Notes: generated from the letters alone by a model not told the origin. Counted from the first letter of the stretch, positions 27,068 to 37,720 are shown. The stretch: 64,000 nt of DNA from Pedobacter sp. (GCA_038918115.1 JBCLAL010000008.1:73072-137071); one strand, 5' to 3'. Translations and numbers: made by a program.

Positions 27068-28534
27068 ATGGGACAAATTCTACTATTACTTCTTTTCTTT
27101 CCGCTACTGAGTGCCATTGTTGCCGCCTGTTCTGGCAAAGCGGCGAAAGCAGTCGCGTTTATTTCTTCGCTGATCTCGCTGGGTATTGCCATTACAATTG
27201 TTCTGAACTTTATCCCAGACGCAAGTCTGCAGTTCGCGGTCGATTATCCATGGATACAATCCCTGGGCATTAGTTTCAAGGCAGGTGTGGATGGCCTGAG
27301 CATTATTCCTGTGCTATTAACCAATATTCTGGTTCCGATTATCCTGTTAACTACTTTCAAAACCGAACATAAAAATGAACCCGCGTTTGTAGCGCTGATG
27401 TTATTTATGCAATCGGGTTTATTGCTGGTATTTACGGCGATGGATGCCTTTCTGTTCTACATCGGATGGGAAGCGGCACTTATCCCGATCTACTTCATCT
27501 GCGCCATCTGGGGCGGAAGCAATCGCATCCGTGTAAACATGAAATTCTTCGTGTATACCATCGGCGGATCGCTTTTCATGCTGCTGGGCATCATCTATCT
27601 GTTTTTGCAGAACCCTGCGCAGAACTTCGACATACAAGCCTTTTACCACCTGGATCTGGATGGAAGTCAGCAAAACTGGATCTTCTGGGCCTTCTTCCTG
27701 GCCTTCGCGATCAAGATGCCGGTATTTCCTTTCCACACCTGGCAACCGGATACCTACACCGAAGCACCCGCAGCGGGCACCATGCTACTTTCAGGCATTA
27801 TGCTTAAGATGGGTATCTACGGTGTAATCCGCTGGATTCTTCCGGTTGTTCCCTTAGGCTTAAACACCTGGGCGCCGACCGTAATCACCCTATCTATAAT
27901 CGGGATTGTATATGCCTCTATCATTGCTTTCAAACAAAAAGACGCTAAGCGCCTGGTTGCATATTCTTCCATTGCACACGTTGGATTAATCTCCGCAGGT
28001 ATCTTCGCGTTAAATACACAAGGCTTGCAAGGTGCAATGATCCAAATGCTAAGTCACGGTATCAACGTGGTAGGTCTTTTCTTTATCCTGGATATTATCT
28101 CCAGCAGGATGAAGACAAACACAATTGCTGATCTCGGCGGAATCGCTAAAGTAGCACCGAAGCTGGCCATTACCTTTCTCATTATTCTGCTTGGAACCGT
28201 TGCCTTACCTGGCACAAACGGCTTCATCGGTGAATTTCTGCTATTGCTGGGTGTTTATCAGCTGAATATCTGGGCTGCTGTCTTTGCCGGACTAACCATT
28301 ATCCTCGGTGCGGTGTACATGTTCAGAACGTATCAGGGTATTATGCTGGGCAAGACAAATGATCGAACCATCACTTTCAGGGATATTCAGGGAACAGAAC
28401 AGCTTGCACTATATATCATCTGTGCATTGGTTATCGTAATTGGTGTTTATCCAAAACCTATTCTTCATTTGTCAGAAGCAGCAGTACAACAATTATTGGA
28501 GCAGGTAAATCAAAAATTAATCTCTGTAAAATAG
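27068..28534 (+). CDS. nuoM: NADH:quinone oxidoreductase subunit M
   Basis: KMPVFPFHTWQPD.Y.EAP, LKMG.YG, AYSSIAHVG, LPGTNGF.GEF. Confidence 0.98.
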   Translation: MGQILLLLLFFPLLSAIVAACSGKAAKAVAFISSLISLGIAITIVLNFIPDASLQFAVDYPWIQSLGISFKAGVDGLSIIPVLLTNILVPIILLTTFKTEHKNEPAFVALMLFMQSGLLLVFTAMDAFLFYIGWEAALIPIYFICAIWGGSNRIRVNMKFFVYTIGGSLFMLLGIIYLFLQNPAQNFDIQAFYHLDLDGSQQNWIFWAFFLAFAIKMPVFPFHTWQPDTYTEAPAAGTMLLSGIMLKMGIYGVIRWILPVVPLGLNTWAPTVITLSIIGIVYASIIAFKQKDAKRLVAYSSIAHVGLISAGIFALNTQGLQGAMIQMLSHGINVVGLFFILDIISSRMKTNTIADLGGIAKVAPKLAITFLIILLGTVALPGTNGFIGEFLLLLGVYQLNIWAAVFAGLTIILGAVYMFRTYQGIMLGKTNDRTITFRDIQGTEQLALYIICALVIVIGVYPKPILHLSEAAVQQLLEQVNQKLISVK

Positions 28535-28537
28535 ACC

Positions 28538-29911
28538 ATGAATATCATTATAACAGTTACAGTAACAGCGCTGGTCGTTCTTTATGCAGGCTTGTTTAAA
28601 GCAAAGAAGGCATTATTACCACTTACATTAATTGGTTTGTTTACAGCATTAGGTTTTGCCATCAGCGCGTGGGATACCAATCATGTGTATTACAACATGA
28701 TGCAGATGGATAACTTCGGACTGGCTTTTTCGGCACTCTGTATCTCCGGTACCATCCTCATTTTTCTACTCACGCAGAATTACTTCGCTGAGAACAGCGA
28801 GCACGTCGCTGAATATTTTACCCTGATCCTGTTCTCCCTGGCGGGGATGATCATCATGGTTTCCTATAAGAACATGTCTATGTTGTTCATCGGCATTGAG
28901 ATCATGTCTGTGGCCTTGTATATCCTTGCGGGAATACGAAAGACGAACTTCGCCTCAAATGAAGCTTCGTTGAAGTATTTCCTTATGGGCGCCTTCTCAA
29001 CGGGCTTCCTTTTATTCGGGATTACCCTGATTTATGGCGCTACAGGATCATTTGACCTGGATGTTATCAACGAGTACCTGATCAGCAACTATAAGACCGT
29101 CTCACCTTTGTTCTATCCGGGTGTGATCCTGATGCTTATCGGATTAAGTTTCAAAGTAGGGGCAGTACCTTTTCACTTCTGGGTGCCCGATGTTTATGAA
29201 GGTTCTCCCAGCCTGATCATGGCTTTCATGGCTACTGTGGTTAAAACAGCCGGCTTTGCTGCATTTTTAAGGGTGTTTTCCGGAACTTTCGCGCCATTGC
29301 ACGACTTCTGGTTGCCACCGCTTATGGTTATCGTATGTCTAACTTTATTTGTCGGCAACGTTACAGCCCTTTTTCAAAAAAGCTTCAAGCGTATGCTTGC
29401 TTATTCGAGTATTTCACATGCGGGTTACCTGTTGTTCTCCCTGGTGTCTATCAGCTCAAGCAGTTCAAGTGACGTCCTGTTTTACGCAGCCGCCTATACC
29501 TTTGCAAACATCATCGCCTTCTCGGCAATGATCCTGGTGAAACAAAAAACAGGCGCAGAAAGCTTCGAGAGTTTCAACGGACTGGGTAAACGGAATCCAC
29601 TATTGGCAATTACGCTCACCATAGCCATGCTGTCACTTGCAGGTATACCGTTAACGGCAGGTTTCATTGGTAAATACGTAATGTTCCTGAATGTAATGGA
29701 TGGCTACCAGATCTATCTGGTTGCATTTGCAATCCTGAATGCCCTAGTCGGATTTTACTACTACTTCCGCGTTATTGTAGCTATTTACTTCAAGGAAGGT
29801 GCTGAACTGCAGCTTGCTATTCCGCTTCAATATAAGATAGTCCTGGTATTTTCAGTGCTTATTACGGTTTTCCTGGGTGTGTACCCTGGCTTAATTTTAA
29901 ACCTGATATAA
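28538..29911 (+). CDS. nuoN: NADH:quinone oxidoreductase subunit N
   Basis: EASLKYFLMG, FKVGAVPFHFW.PDVYEG, KRMLAYSSISHAGY. Confidence 0.97.
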   Translation: MNIIITVTVTALVVLYAGLFKAKKALLPLTLIGLFTALGFAISAWDTNHVYYNMMQMDNFGLAFSALCISGTILIFLLTQNYFAENSEHVAEYFTLILFSLAGMIIMVSYKNMSMLFIGIEIMSVALYILAGIRKTNFASNEASLKYFLMGAFSTGFLLFGITLIYGATGSFDLDVINEYLISNYKTVSPLFYPGVILMLIGLSFKVGAVPFHFWVPDVYEGSPSLIMAFMATVVKTAGFAAFLRVFSGTFAPLHDFWLPPLMVIVCLTLFVGNVTALFQKSFKRMLAYSSISHAGYLLFSLVSISSSSSSDVLFYAAAYTFANIIAFSAMILVKQKTGAESFESFNGLGKRNPLLAITLTIAMLSLAGIPLTAGFIGKYVMFLNVMDGYQIYLVAFAILNALVGFYYYFRVIVAIYFKEGAELQLAIPLQYKIVLVFSVLITVFLGVYPGLILNLI

Positions 29912-29956
29912 GGTCTTCTACAGATATTTATTTGTAGTTTTACGAAGAATAGAACT

Positions 29957-30598
29957 ATGCAAGATTTTTGGAACTATCTACAGCACCTAATCGACCCCGA
30001 AAAATTACTCAGAGAAGGTGGTTTCTATGTGGTAATGTTCGTGATCTTCGCAGAGACAGGGCTATTCTTCGGATTCTTCCTCCCGGGCGACTATCTGTTA
30101 TTCCTTGCCGGTATGTTTGTCGCAACCGGTAAACTCGACGTAAACATCTATGTACTTATTGTAGGCTTACTTGTCGCTGCCATCTCAGGCAACTTCACGG
30201 GTTATTGGTTCGGACGGAAAACCGGTCCGGTGCTCTATCAAAGAAAAGATTCCTTCTTTTTCAAAAAAAGATTTCTAAAGGCGGCAGAGGCCTATTATAA
30301 CAAACAAGGTGCATTTGCCCTGATCATGGGTAGGTTTGTGCCGATTGTGAGGACCTTTGCACCGATCATCGCTGGTGTGGTAAAACTAGACTTTAGAAAA
30401 TTCGCGTTATATAATGTCTTAGGCGCTATTTTTTGGATTGCTTCCTTAACTTTGCTCGGCTATTTTTTAGGCAAGAAATTTGAGAGGGAAATAAATCAAT
30501 ACTTACTATATATTATCTTAGGCTTCATCGTGATCACGACATTACCTGTAATCATCGCATTCTTGCGTAAAAGGTCTGCGTCAAGCAATGAAGAATAA
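29957..30598 (+). CDS. dedA: DedA family membrane protein
   Basis: FAETGL..GFFLPGD, G...GYWFG, GRFVPIVRTFAP. Confidence 0.93.
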   Translation: MQDFWNYLQHLIDPEKLLREGGFYVVMFVIFAETGLFFGFFLPGDYLLFLAGMFVATGKLDVNIYVLIVGLLVAAISGNFTGYWFGRKTGPVLYQRKDSFFFKKRFLKAAEAYYNKQGAFALIMGRFVPIVRTFAPIIAGVVKLDFRKFALYNVLGAIFWIASLTLLGYFLGKKFEREINQYLLYIILGFIVITTLPVIIAFLRKRSASSNEE

Positions 30599-30618
30599 AA
30601 AACTTTCTAAATTAAAAA

Positions 30619-31170
30619 ATGAATAAAGACGATCACCATCCGTGGCATCAAGTATCACCAGGCGAGCATCTGCCTGAATGTGTAAACGCAATTATTGAAA
30701 TTCCTAAAGGATCAAAAGCGAAGTACGAAATCGACAAAGATTCCAATCTAATCAAGCTTGACCGGGTATTATTCTCCTCGGTAATGTATCCTGCAAACTA
30801 TGGTTTTATCCCACAGACCTTCTGTGATGATAATGACCCATTAGACATCCTTGTTCTATGTTCTGTGGATGTTTATCCTTTATCTATTGTTGAAGCTAAA
30901 GTTATCGGTGTAATGCACATGGTAGACAATGGCGAACAAGATGATAAGATCATCGCAGTAGCTAAAAATGATATGTCTGTAAACTACATCAATGATATTG
31001 ATGAGTTGCCTCCACATACCATGAAAGAGATTGTACGTTTCTTCCAGGATTACAAAGCATTAGAAGGAAAAGATGTTGCTATCGAGCAATTGCTTGGTAG
31101 AGAATATGCGTTTCAAGTTATCAAAGAAAGTCTGGAACTGTACAATACGACCTATAGAAATAATTCTTAA
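30619..31170 (+). CDS. ppa: Inorganic pyrophosphatase (family I)
   Basis: [27 protein letters not shown] motifs. Confidence 0.97.
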   Translation: MNKDDHHPWHQVSPGEHLPECVNAIIEIPKGSKAKYEIDKDSNLIKLDRVLFSSVMYPANYGFIPQTFCDDNDPLDILVLCSVDVYPLSIVEAKVIGVMHMVDNGEQDDKIIAVAKNDMSVNYINDIDELPPHTMKEIVRFFQDYKALEGKDVAIEQLLGREYAFQVIKESLELYNTTYRNNS

Positions 31171-32496
31171 ATGGGATTTCAGATATTTTTAACGTTTTTC
31201 TTAGTCGTCCTTAACGGCTTTTTCGTTGCAGCCGAGTTTGCAATCGTTAAAGTCAGAGCGTCGCAAATAGAAATACAAGCTAAATCGGGTAGTCGTGTCG
31301 CGAATATCGCTAAACATATTACCCTGCATTTAGACGGATACCTAGCTGCAACACAGCTAGGTATTACTTTAGCTTCCCTTGGGTTGGGATGGGTAGGTGA
31401 GTCTGTAATGGAACACATCCTCCATAACCTGCTTTCTTCGTTCGGCTCATCGCCGGAATTCATTGATTCAGTTTCAAAAACCGCTTCTCCAATCATCGCG
31501 TTTAGCGTAATTACTATTATGCACATCGTGTTTGGTGAGCTTGCGCCAAAATCCCTGGCCATTCAGCGCCCGGTACAAACCACGCTTTTCATCGCCTTCC
31601 CACTTCAGGTTTTTTATGTTGTATTCCGGCCATTTATTTGGCTCCTAAACGGATTTGCAAACATTATCCTTAAGGTTTTCGGCATCAATAACGTTGGTAG
31701 TCACGAAACCATACACAGTACTGAAGAACTGTACTATCTTTTAGACCAGGGTCGCGAAAGTGGCGCACTGGATACCAATGAGCATGAGCTTATAAAAAAT
31801 GTATTTGACTTTAATGAACGTGTTGTAAAGAACATCATGGTGCCGAGGACCAAAATCTCCGGCATTGCGTTAAACACTACCAAGGAAGAAGTGATCAACA
31901 TGATCATCTCCGAGGGTTACTCACGTTTTCCAGTATACGATGACATCATCGATAAAATTGTAGGTATCATCCACGCTAAGGACGTATTGCCATTGTTGGC
32001 AACGCACAAGGAGTGGAAGGTAAGTGATATCATCAGAAAGCCTTATTTCGTTCCAGAAACCAAGAAGATCAATGATCTGCTGAGTGAACTCCAACAAAAA
32101 CGTATACAGATCGCTATCGTCATCGATGAATTTGGTGGTACCGCCGGTATGGTTACCCTCGAAGACATCGTTGAAGAGATTGTTGGTGAGATCCAGGACG
32201 AATATGATGAGGAGAAGCCTACAGTTGAAAAGATTTCCGATACAGAGTATATCATCAACGCCTATGCAACGGTTTATGATGTGAACGAGTACCTGCCACA
32301 CGACCTTCCTGAGGATGAAGATTATGACACCATCGGTGGCCTGATCTCCCATACTTTCGGCCGTTTCCCTGAAGTTGGTGAAAGCGAAGAGTGCTATGGC
32401 TATCTGTTCACCATCCTGAAGAAAACCGAACAGAATGTCGAGACCGTTAAGCTCGAGCTCGTGATTAACAAGGAAGACGCTGTAGATTTACACTAA
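31171..32496 (+). CDS. HlyC/CorC (CNNM) family transporter: TM + CBS pair + CorC domain
   Basis: FFVAAEFA, GELAPKS, IMVPRT, YSRFPV, VIDEFGGTAG.VTLED..EEIVGEI.DE.D. Confidence 0.93.
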   Translation: MGFQIFLTFFLVVLNGFFVAAEFAIVKVRASQIEIQAKSGSRVANIAKHITLHLDGYLAATQLGITLASLGLGWVGESVMEHILHNLLSSFGSSPEFIDSVSKTASPIIAFSVITIMHIVFGELAPKSLAIQRPVQTTLFIAFPLQVFYVVFRPFIWLLNGFANIILKVFGINNVGSHETIHSTEELYYLLDQGRESGALDTNEHELIKNVFDFNERVVKNIMVPRTKISGIALNTTKEEVINMIISEGYSRFPVYDDIIDKIVGIIHAKDVLPLLATHKEWKVSDIIRKPYFVPETKKINDLLSELQQKRIQIAIVIDEFGGTAGMVTLEDIVEEIVGEIQDEYDEEKPTVEKISDTEYIINAYATVYDVNEYLPHDLPEDEDYDTIGGLISHTFGRFPEVGESEECYGYLFTILKKTEQNVETVKLELVINKEDAVDLH

Positions 32497-32505
32497 TGCC
32501 CGCCT

Positions 32506-33213
32506 ATGCATGTTTTCTATACGCCCGACCTTCAGGATCAGGCACGTTATACCCTTAATGAAGAGGAAAGCAAGCACTGCAGCAAAGTGCTTCGATTAAC
32601 TGCCCGCGACAAGGTTTACCTCGTCGATGGGCGGGGAGGACTTTTCGAGGCAGAGATCGAGTCGGAATCTAAAAAGCATGTCGGACTCCTGATCACCAAA
32701 ACCACCAGGGAATATCAGAAAAGAAACCATCACCTGCATATTGCCGTAGCGCCTACCAAGAACATAGACCGTTTGGAATGGTTCCTGGAGAAAGCTACTG
32801 AAATTGGCATTGACGAAATTACACCCATCATTTGCGAACGCTCTGAACGTAAGATCGTGAAGGAAGATCGCCTGCAGAAGGTGATCACCTCAGCGGTAAA
32901 ACAATCACTGCAGGCCTATCACCCGGTGCTTAATCCGGCAATATCCCTTACAGCGTTGCTGAAAGCAGAAAGTGAGGCTACCAAGCTGATTGCGCATTGT
33001 ATAGATGATGCCGAGCGCCAGTACCTTAAGGATCTGGTGCAGCCCCATGGTCGTTACCTGATCCTGATTGGCCCTGAGGGCGATTTCAGCCCGCAGGAGA
33101 TCACATCTGCCCTGGAGAAAGGATATCAGCCTGTGACGCTTGGTACGTCCCGCCTACGTACGGAAACTGCTGCACTGGCAGCTTGCTTCGAACTGAACTA
33201 CATTAACCGATAA
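32506..33213 (+). CDS. rsmE: 16S rRNA m3U1498 methyltransferase
   Basis: HC.KVLRL, EKATEIG, IGPEGDF, LG..RLRTETA. Confidence 0.96.
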   Translation: MHVFYTPDLQDQARYTLNEEESKHCSKVLRLTARDKVYLVDGRGGLFEAEIESESKKHVGLLITKTTREYQKRNHHLHIAVAPTKNIDRLEWFLEKATEIGIDEITPIICERSERKIVKEDRLQKVITSAVKQSLQAYHPVLNPAISLTALLKAESEATKLIAHCIDDAERQYLKDLVQPHGRYLILIGPEGDFSPQEITSALEKGYQPVTLGTSRLRTETAALAACFELNYINR

Positions 33214-33224
33214 AGCTTTACAAC

Positions 33225-33728
33225 ATGTATAAAGTAAAAGTAAACGGCCACTTCGAATATGAAGTTGACAAGCACAAAGCAGATTTTACTGTTAATGGAA
33301 CAGCTGTAGAACTGGACATCCAGAAATTACCCGGTTCTGCGAGCTCTAATGTGATCTATCAAAACAAATCCTACAACGTGGAAGTGGTTTCCTATGATGC
33401 AGAGGAGAAGACGACAACCGTTAAGATCAACGGAAATATATATACTGTAAATGTAGAAGATCAGTTTGATCAGCTGCTGAAGAAACTCGGAATGGACAGC
33501 GCGGCAGGGGCCAAAGTTCCTGACCTTAAAGCACCCATGCCAGGACTGGTACTAAAAATCATGGTAACTGAAGGTGCCGAAGTGAAGAAAGGAGATAATC
33601 TGCTTGTCCTGGAGGCGATGAAGATGGAGAACATCTTAAAGTCGACTACTGACGGTGTTGTAAAGAAGATTAACGTTGCACAAGGAGATAAGATCGAGAA
33701 GAATACGATTCTGCTGCAGTTTCAATAG
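33225..33728 (+). CDS. Biotin carboxyl carrier protein (biotin/lipoyl attachment domain)
   Basis: APMPG...LEAMKMEN biotinylation motif; the partner carboxylase is not in the window. Confidence 0.92.
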   Translation: MYKVKVNGHFEYEVDKHKADFTVNGTAVELDIQKLPGSASSNVIYQNKSYNVEVVSYDAEEKTTTVKINGNIYTVNVEDQFDQLLKKLGMDSAAGAKVPDLKAPMPGLVLKIMVTEGAEVKKGDNLLVLEAMKMENILKSTTDGVVKKINVAQGDKIEKNTILLQFQ

Positions 33729-33743
33729 TCGCTTAACATTTAT

Positions 33744-33791
33744 CCCATAAAAAAAGAGCGGTACCATTTGGTACCGCTCTTTTTTTATGGG
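33744..33791. terminator. Bidirectional terminator
   Basis: 22-bp perfect inverted repeat CCCATAAAAAAAGAGCGGTACC-ATTT-GGTACCGCTCTTTTTTTATGGG between convergent genes. Confidence 0.92.
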
Positions 33792-33802
33792 CCTTCGCCA
33801 AC

Positions 33803-35422
33803 TTATATTTTCTTCGGATTGAATTTCCTTGCAGGTTTTGTCTTAAAGTTATTGCTGCTGCGCGGGTTGATTTCAGAAGCACCAAGCATCGTCATTGCAC
33901 AACGGAAGCCGATATCAGCAGTAGATTCATCCTGTTGTAAGAAGCGTCTTGTCGCAGGATTTAACCACAATGCCTGATCATCCCATGATCCACCTTTGTA
34001 AATCCTTGATTTATCATTAACAAGCGTGATCTCACCATAAAGCTCGTTTTGTCTGTCGCGGTAGCCACGTTGGTCGGCAACATAGCTACTAGCTACAGTT
34101 GCATTACCCAATGAGTCCGTTGCGGTGCTGGCCGCAAGCGCGGCTTGTTTCTCTGCCCAGGTTTGCTTCTTGCCATTCGTAGCAGGAACAAGGATTGGGT
34201 TATTGTATTTATCTACAGCAATTTTAGCGGAACCTGGTTCTAACAACTTTTTATCCTGGAAGAAGTTACCACGGTAAGGGTTAAAAGCTTCAGCCGCCTC
34301 AAAAGTAGTCGGACGGAATACGTCAGATACCCATTCGTTAACGTTTCCAGCCATGTTATACAAACCGAAGTCGTTAGGTAGGTAAGATCTCACAGAAACG
34401 GTTAAGCTTCCTTTATCATTCAAAGATCCGCCAACACCCATATAATCACCTTTAGAACGTTTAAAGTTAGCAAGGATCATACCTCTGGTGCTTTTCTTTG
34501 CAGAGCTCAGACCCAATCCATCCCAAGGATAGATTTTGTTAGAGGTGATGTTCTCATACTGCGTATTGCCAATTAATCCAAGTGCAGCATATTCCCATTC
34601 TGCCTCTGTAGGTAAGCGGTAAGGTTGTTTAAGGATACCGTCTTCCAATCTTACGTTACGGGTTGGCGCATCAGCTTTTTTTCCTGTCGGATTTGTTGCT
34701 GCAGTACCAAGATCTTTCATGGCATTCTTACCACGGTCGTCATATTGTCCATTCAAGTATACATCTGTATTAAATGGACCTTCAGGACGAGGTGCTGCCT
34801 GAACCTGATCTTTCTTCTTGCCTTTACCGGTTCCATAAAGATCCTCGAAAGAGGTCATATAGCCTTGTGAACGTAATAGTAACTCATTCACCCTGGATGT
34901 TCTCCAGGTACAATAGCGTTGTGCCTGCTCCCAGCTTACACCTACCACAGGATATTCGCCATAAGCAGGGTGTCTGAGGTAGTTGTCTACATAAGGCTCA
35001 TTGTATGAGAGCGGTCTGCGCCATACCAGTGTGTCTGGCAACTCGTTGTAATAGTACTCATAATCATCCGGATACGATTGTCTGATCCAGTCCAGGTATT
35101 CCAGCCAGTTGGTGTTTGAAACCTCGGTCTCATCCATATAGAAAGAAGATACCGTGATTTCCCTTTTGTGGTTGTAATTTCCGAGTTCCTGACCAGGGAT
35201 ATCCTGAGCACTTCCACCCATTACAAATACACCACCTTCAATCGCTACTAAACCCGGACCAGGTGCGCCACGGTCGTAATTTGCCGGCACCTGAAAGCCA
35301 CCGAATTCTTTTTCATTATAATTCCAGCCTGTTTTATCCGACTTGCTGACAGTCTTGGATTTACAGGAATATAATCCAATAATAAGTAATGCAATTAATG
35401 AATACAGGTATGTTTTTTTCAT
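33803..35422 (-). CDS. gldJ: Gliding motility lipoprotein GldJ (SUMF1/FGE domain)
   Basis: Lipobox LYSC; KTGWNYN, SFYMDETEVSN..WLEYLDW, YPVVGVSW, LPTEAEWEYAA, GLYNMAGNVNEW; divergent from porV as in the usual gldJ-porU-porV locus. Confidence 0.85.
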   Translation of the reverse strand: MKKTYLYSLIALLIIGLYSCKSKTVSKSDKTGWNYNEKEFGGFQVPANYDRGAPGPGLVAIEGGVFVMGGSAQDIPGQELGNYNHKREITVSSFYMDETEVSNTNWLEYLDWIRQSYPDDYEYYYNELPDTLVWRRPLSYNEPYVDNYLRHPAYGEYPVVGVSWEQAQRYCTWRTSRVNELLLRSQGYMTSFEDLYGTGKGKKKDQVQAAPRPEGPFNTDVYLNGQYDDRGKNAMKDLGTAATNPTGKKADAPTRNVRLEDGILKQPYRLPTEAEWEYAALGLIGNTQYENITSNKIYPWDGLGLSSAKKSTRGMILANFKRSKGDYMGVGGSLNDKGSLTVSVRSYLPNDFGLYNMAGNVNEWVSDVFRPTTFEAAEAFNPYRGNFFQDKKLLEPGSAKIAVDKYNNPILVPATNGKKQTWAEKQAALAASTATDSLGNATVASSYVADQRGYRDRQNELYGEITLVNDKSRIYKGGSWDDQALWLNPATRRFLQQDESTADIGFRCAMTMLGASEINPRSSNNFKTKPARKFNPKKI

Positions 35423-35584
35423 AGACGCAAAGCGATAAACTTGAATGTTAAAATTACTAAAAATTTAAGTTACACAGCAAAATATATGTTTCTTCAAAAG
35501 TTACTTTATAATATTGAAACTTGCTCGCTATGTAATGCAGTGTCATCTAAATTGTAGAATTGTTTTAAAAATTATATTCTACAC

Positions 35585-36760
35585 ATGATTTTACGCGCTT
35601 CAACCAGACTTAAACTCCTGTTCTTACTTGTTTTTGTCCAAATCTACGACGCTGAAGCACAAAATTTTGATGGCGACCGACAATCCCATAGCAATTATGC
35701 TGCCATATCTACAAGCTTCCCTTTTCTACAGATCATGCCCGACCCCCGCGCCGCCGCTATGGGTGAAGCGGGTGTGGCACGCTCCGCTGATGTAAACAGC
35801 CTGAGCATCAACCCTTCAGCCCTGGTGTTCAGTCCTTATAAAGCTGGCTTGGGTGTGGCTCATAACCCATGGCTAAAAAGTGTGATAAAAGATGTGAACC
35901 TAAGCTATTTCAGTGCTTTTCTCAATTCCGGAACCCAGGCCGTCGGACTCTCGTTAAGGTACTTTTCTGTAGGTGAAACTACCTTCCGGGATGAGAACGC
36001 AGTTGCCCTAGGCTTCTTGCACCCCCTGGAGTATGCCCTGGATTTCAGCTACGCCCGTAAGCTCGGTCCCGGGTTTTCCCTCGCTGCTTCCGTCCGGTAT
36101 GCACAATCTCGTTTACAATTAAATGAGCAGGGGCTTGCCCTTCAAAATGCCGGTGCAGCGCTCGCCGTAGATGTATCCGCTTATATGATTAAACCGGCCA
36201 GTATTTTCAATTACGAGGCCGACCTCTCCAGGGGTATTTATCTCAGCAACCTTGGTCCATGGAATCAAAACGAACATACCATGCAGCGATATACACTCCC
36301 TGCAAACCTCAGGCTTGGCACGGCAGCAGCACTGAACCTCGACGAAGTAAGTCGCCTTACCATCGCTGCAGACCTGAACAAACTTTTAGTGCCATACAGG
36401 CAAGGCACTAATGGCGATGATCAGCCGAGCAGGAGCTTCCCTGCTGGAATATGGCGTTCCTTTAGCGATCGTAGCTTTGCGGAAGAGTTGGCGGAAGTGG
36501 GAGTGTCCGTCGGACTCGAGTACACCTTCAAGCAGCAGTTCTCCCTTCGAACCGGATATCTCTACGAACATCCGGGTAAAGGCAACCGCCGCTACATCAG
36601 TCTTGGCGCCGGAATGGTTTACCGCGGTATGGCGCTCGACCTCGCCTACCTGCCGGTGAACACCGAAAAAAGTCCCATGGCAAATACCTTAAAGATCGGC
36701 TTAATGTTTAATTTCGGGCAATTCGATGAACATAGACAGGGCTTAATCAGTCTTAAATAG
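35585..36760 (+). CDS. porV: Type IX secretion outer-membrane protein PorV (diverged)
   Basis: PFL.I.PD.RAAAMGEAGVA, SLRYFS.G, YARKL, GLEY, LRTGY.YE...KG.R.Y..LG.G; immediately upstream of ispF. Confidence 0.8.
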   Translation: MILRASTRLKLLFLLVFVQIYDAEAQNFDGDRQSHSNYAAISTSFPFLQIMPDPRAAAMGEAGVARSADVNSLSINPSALVFSPYKAGLGVAHNPWLKSVIKDVNLSYFSAFLNSGTQAVGLSLRYFSVGETTFRDENAVALGFLHPLEYALDFSYARKLGPGFSLAASVRYAQSRLQLNEQGLALQNAGAALAVDVSAYMIKPASIFNYEADLSRGIYLSNLGPWNQNEHTMQRYTLPANLRLGTAAALNLDEVSRLTIAADLNKLLVPYRQGTNGDDQPSRSFPAGIWRSFSDRSFAEELAEVGVSVGLEYTFKQQFSLRTGYLYEHPGKGNRRYISLGAGMVYRGMALDLAYLPVNTEKSPMANTLKIGLMFNFGQFDEHRQGLISLK

Positions 36761-36767
36761 ATAAAAT

Positions 36768-37250
36768 ATGAAAATTAAAGTTGGCTTTGGATTCGATGTC
36801 CACCAGTTAAAAGATAACCATCCCTTTATCGTTGGCGGTGTTAACCTCGAGCACCACAAAGGTGCTTTCGGTCACTCTGATGCAGACGTGCTGCTGCATG
36901 CAATCTGCGATGCACTTCTTGGTGCAGCAAACCTGCGCGATATTGGTTTTCACTTCAAGAATACCGACCCCAGGTGGAAAGGTATCAGCAGTATGATCCT
37001 TTTGCAGGAAACCATGAAGCTGATCAACGAAAAAGGTTATACGGTAGGCAACATTGACGCCATGTTATGCCTGGAAGCGCCAAAGATAAATCCACACATT
37101 CCGCAAATGCAGCAGAATATTGCAACTGCGATGGGTATCTCCATAGACGACATCTCCATTAAAGCAACCACCAATGAAACTATGGGTTTCATCGGCAGGG
37201 AAGAGGGGGTTGTAGCCTATGCGGTGTGCCTGATTGAGCGGGAGCGATAG
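36768..37250 (+). CDS. ispF: 2-C-methyl-D-erythritol 2,4-cyclodiphosphate synthase
   Basis: G.GFDVH, GHSDADVLLHAICDALLGA...DIG.HF, KATTNE.MGF.GR.EG. Confidence 0.98.
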   Translation: MKIKVGFGFDVHQLKDNHPFIVGGVNLEHHKGAFGHSDADVLLHAICDALLGAANLRDIGFHFKNTDPRWKGISSMILLQETMKLINEKGYTVGNIDAMLCLEAPKINPHIPQMQQNIATAMGISIDDISIKATTNETMGFIGREEGVVAYAVCLIERER

Positions 37251-37340
37251 GTAGATGCCTGTTCGCAACCAAGGCATAAGGCTTAAAAACAGGAAAACAA
37301 TTCCCTAAGGCCAGCGGTTAGTAAAAGAAAAATCCTAATT

Positions 37341-37649
37341 ATGAAAAGTCTATTCAAACCGGTTTTAGCATTTTCCTTTTTGACCCTGTCTTTAGCTGCC
37401 TGTTCTTTTGGCGATAAAGGTGATGAGTCTGTCGCGGATTCTGTAAGACTAGATACTACGCAGGCGCCGGCCATGAATTCGGCCAGCGGGCAAAGCCCCT
37501 CGGGTTCAGACTCAGGTGCAGCAGATACAACTGACCTCAAAGAAGCCAATATCAACACCTTTCAACGTGATAGCGTAAGCAAAGACCGTTCTGCAAATGG
37601 TGGTGCTGATGGTATAAAACAGAACTCAACACAGGGTTTAAAGAAATAA
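37341..37649 (+). CDS. Small low-complexity lipoprotein
   Basis: Lipobox LAAC followed by a D/S/G/A/T-rich, probably disordered chain. Confidence 0.75.
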   Translation: MKSLFKPVLAFSFLTLSLAACSFGDKGDESVADSVRLDTTQAPAMNSASGQSPSGSDSGAADTTDLKEANINTFQRDSVSKDRSANGGADGIKQNSTQGLKK

Positions 37650-37670
37650 TTCCAGAAAGTATTAATAAAC

Positions 37671-37698
37671 AAAAAGCCGGGCTAATGCCCGGCTTTTT
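37671..37698. terminator. Bidirectional terminator
   Basis: AAAAAGCCGGGC-TAAT-GCCCGGCTTTTT. Confidence 0.9.
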
Positions 37699-37720
37699 AT
37701 ACGTATAGGCTATGCGCCTT

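Noticed and set aside
37283-37558. 91-aa minus-strand ORF
   Set aside because: Antisense to the lipoprotein gene, which has a clean lipobox and a terminator.
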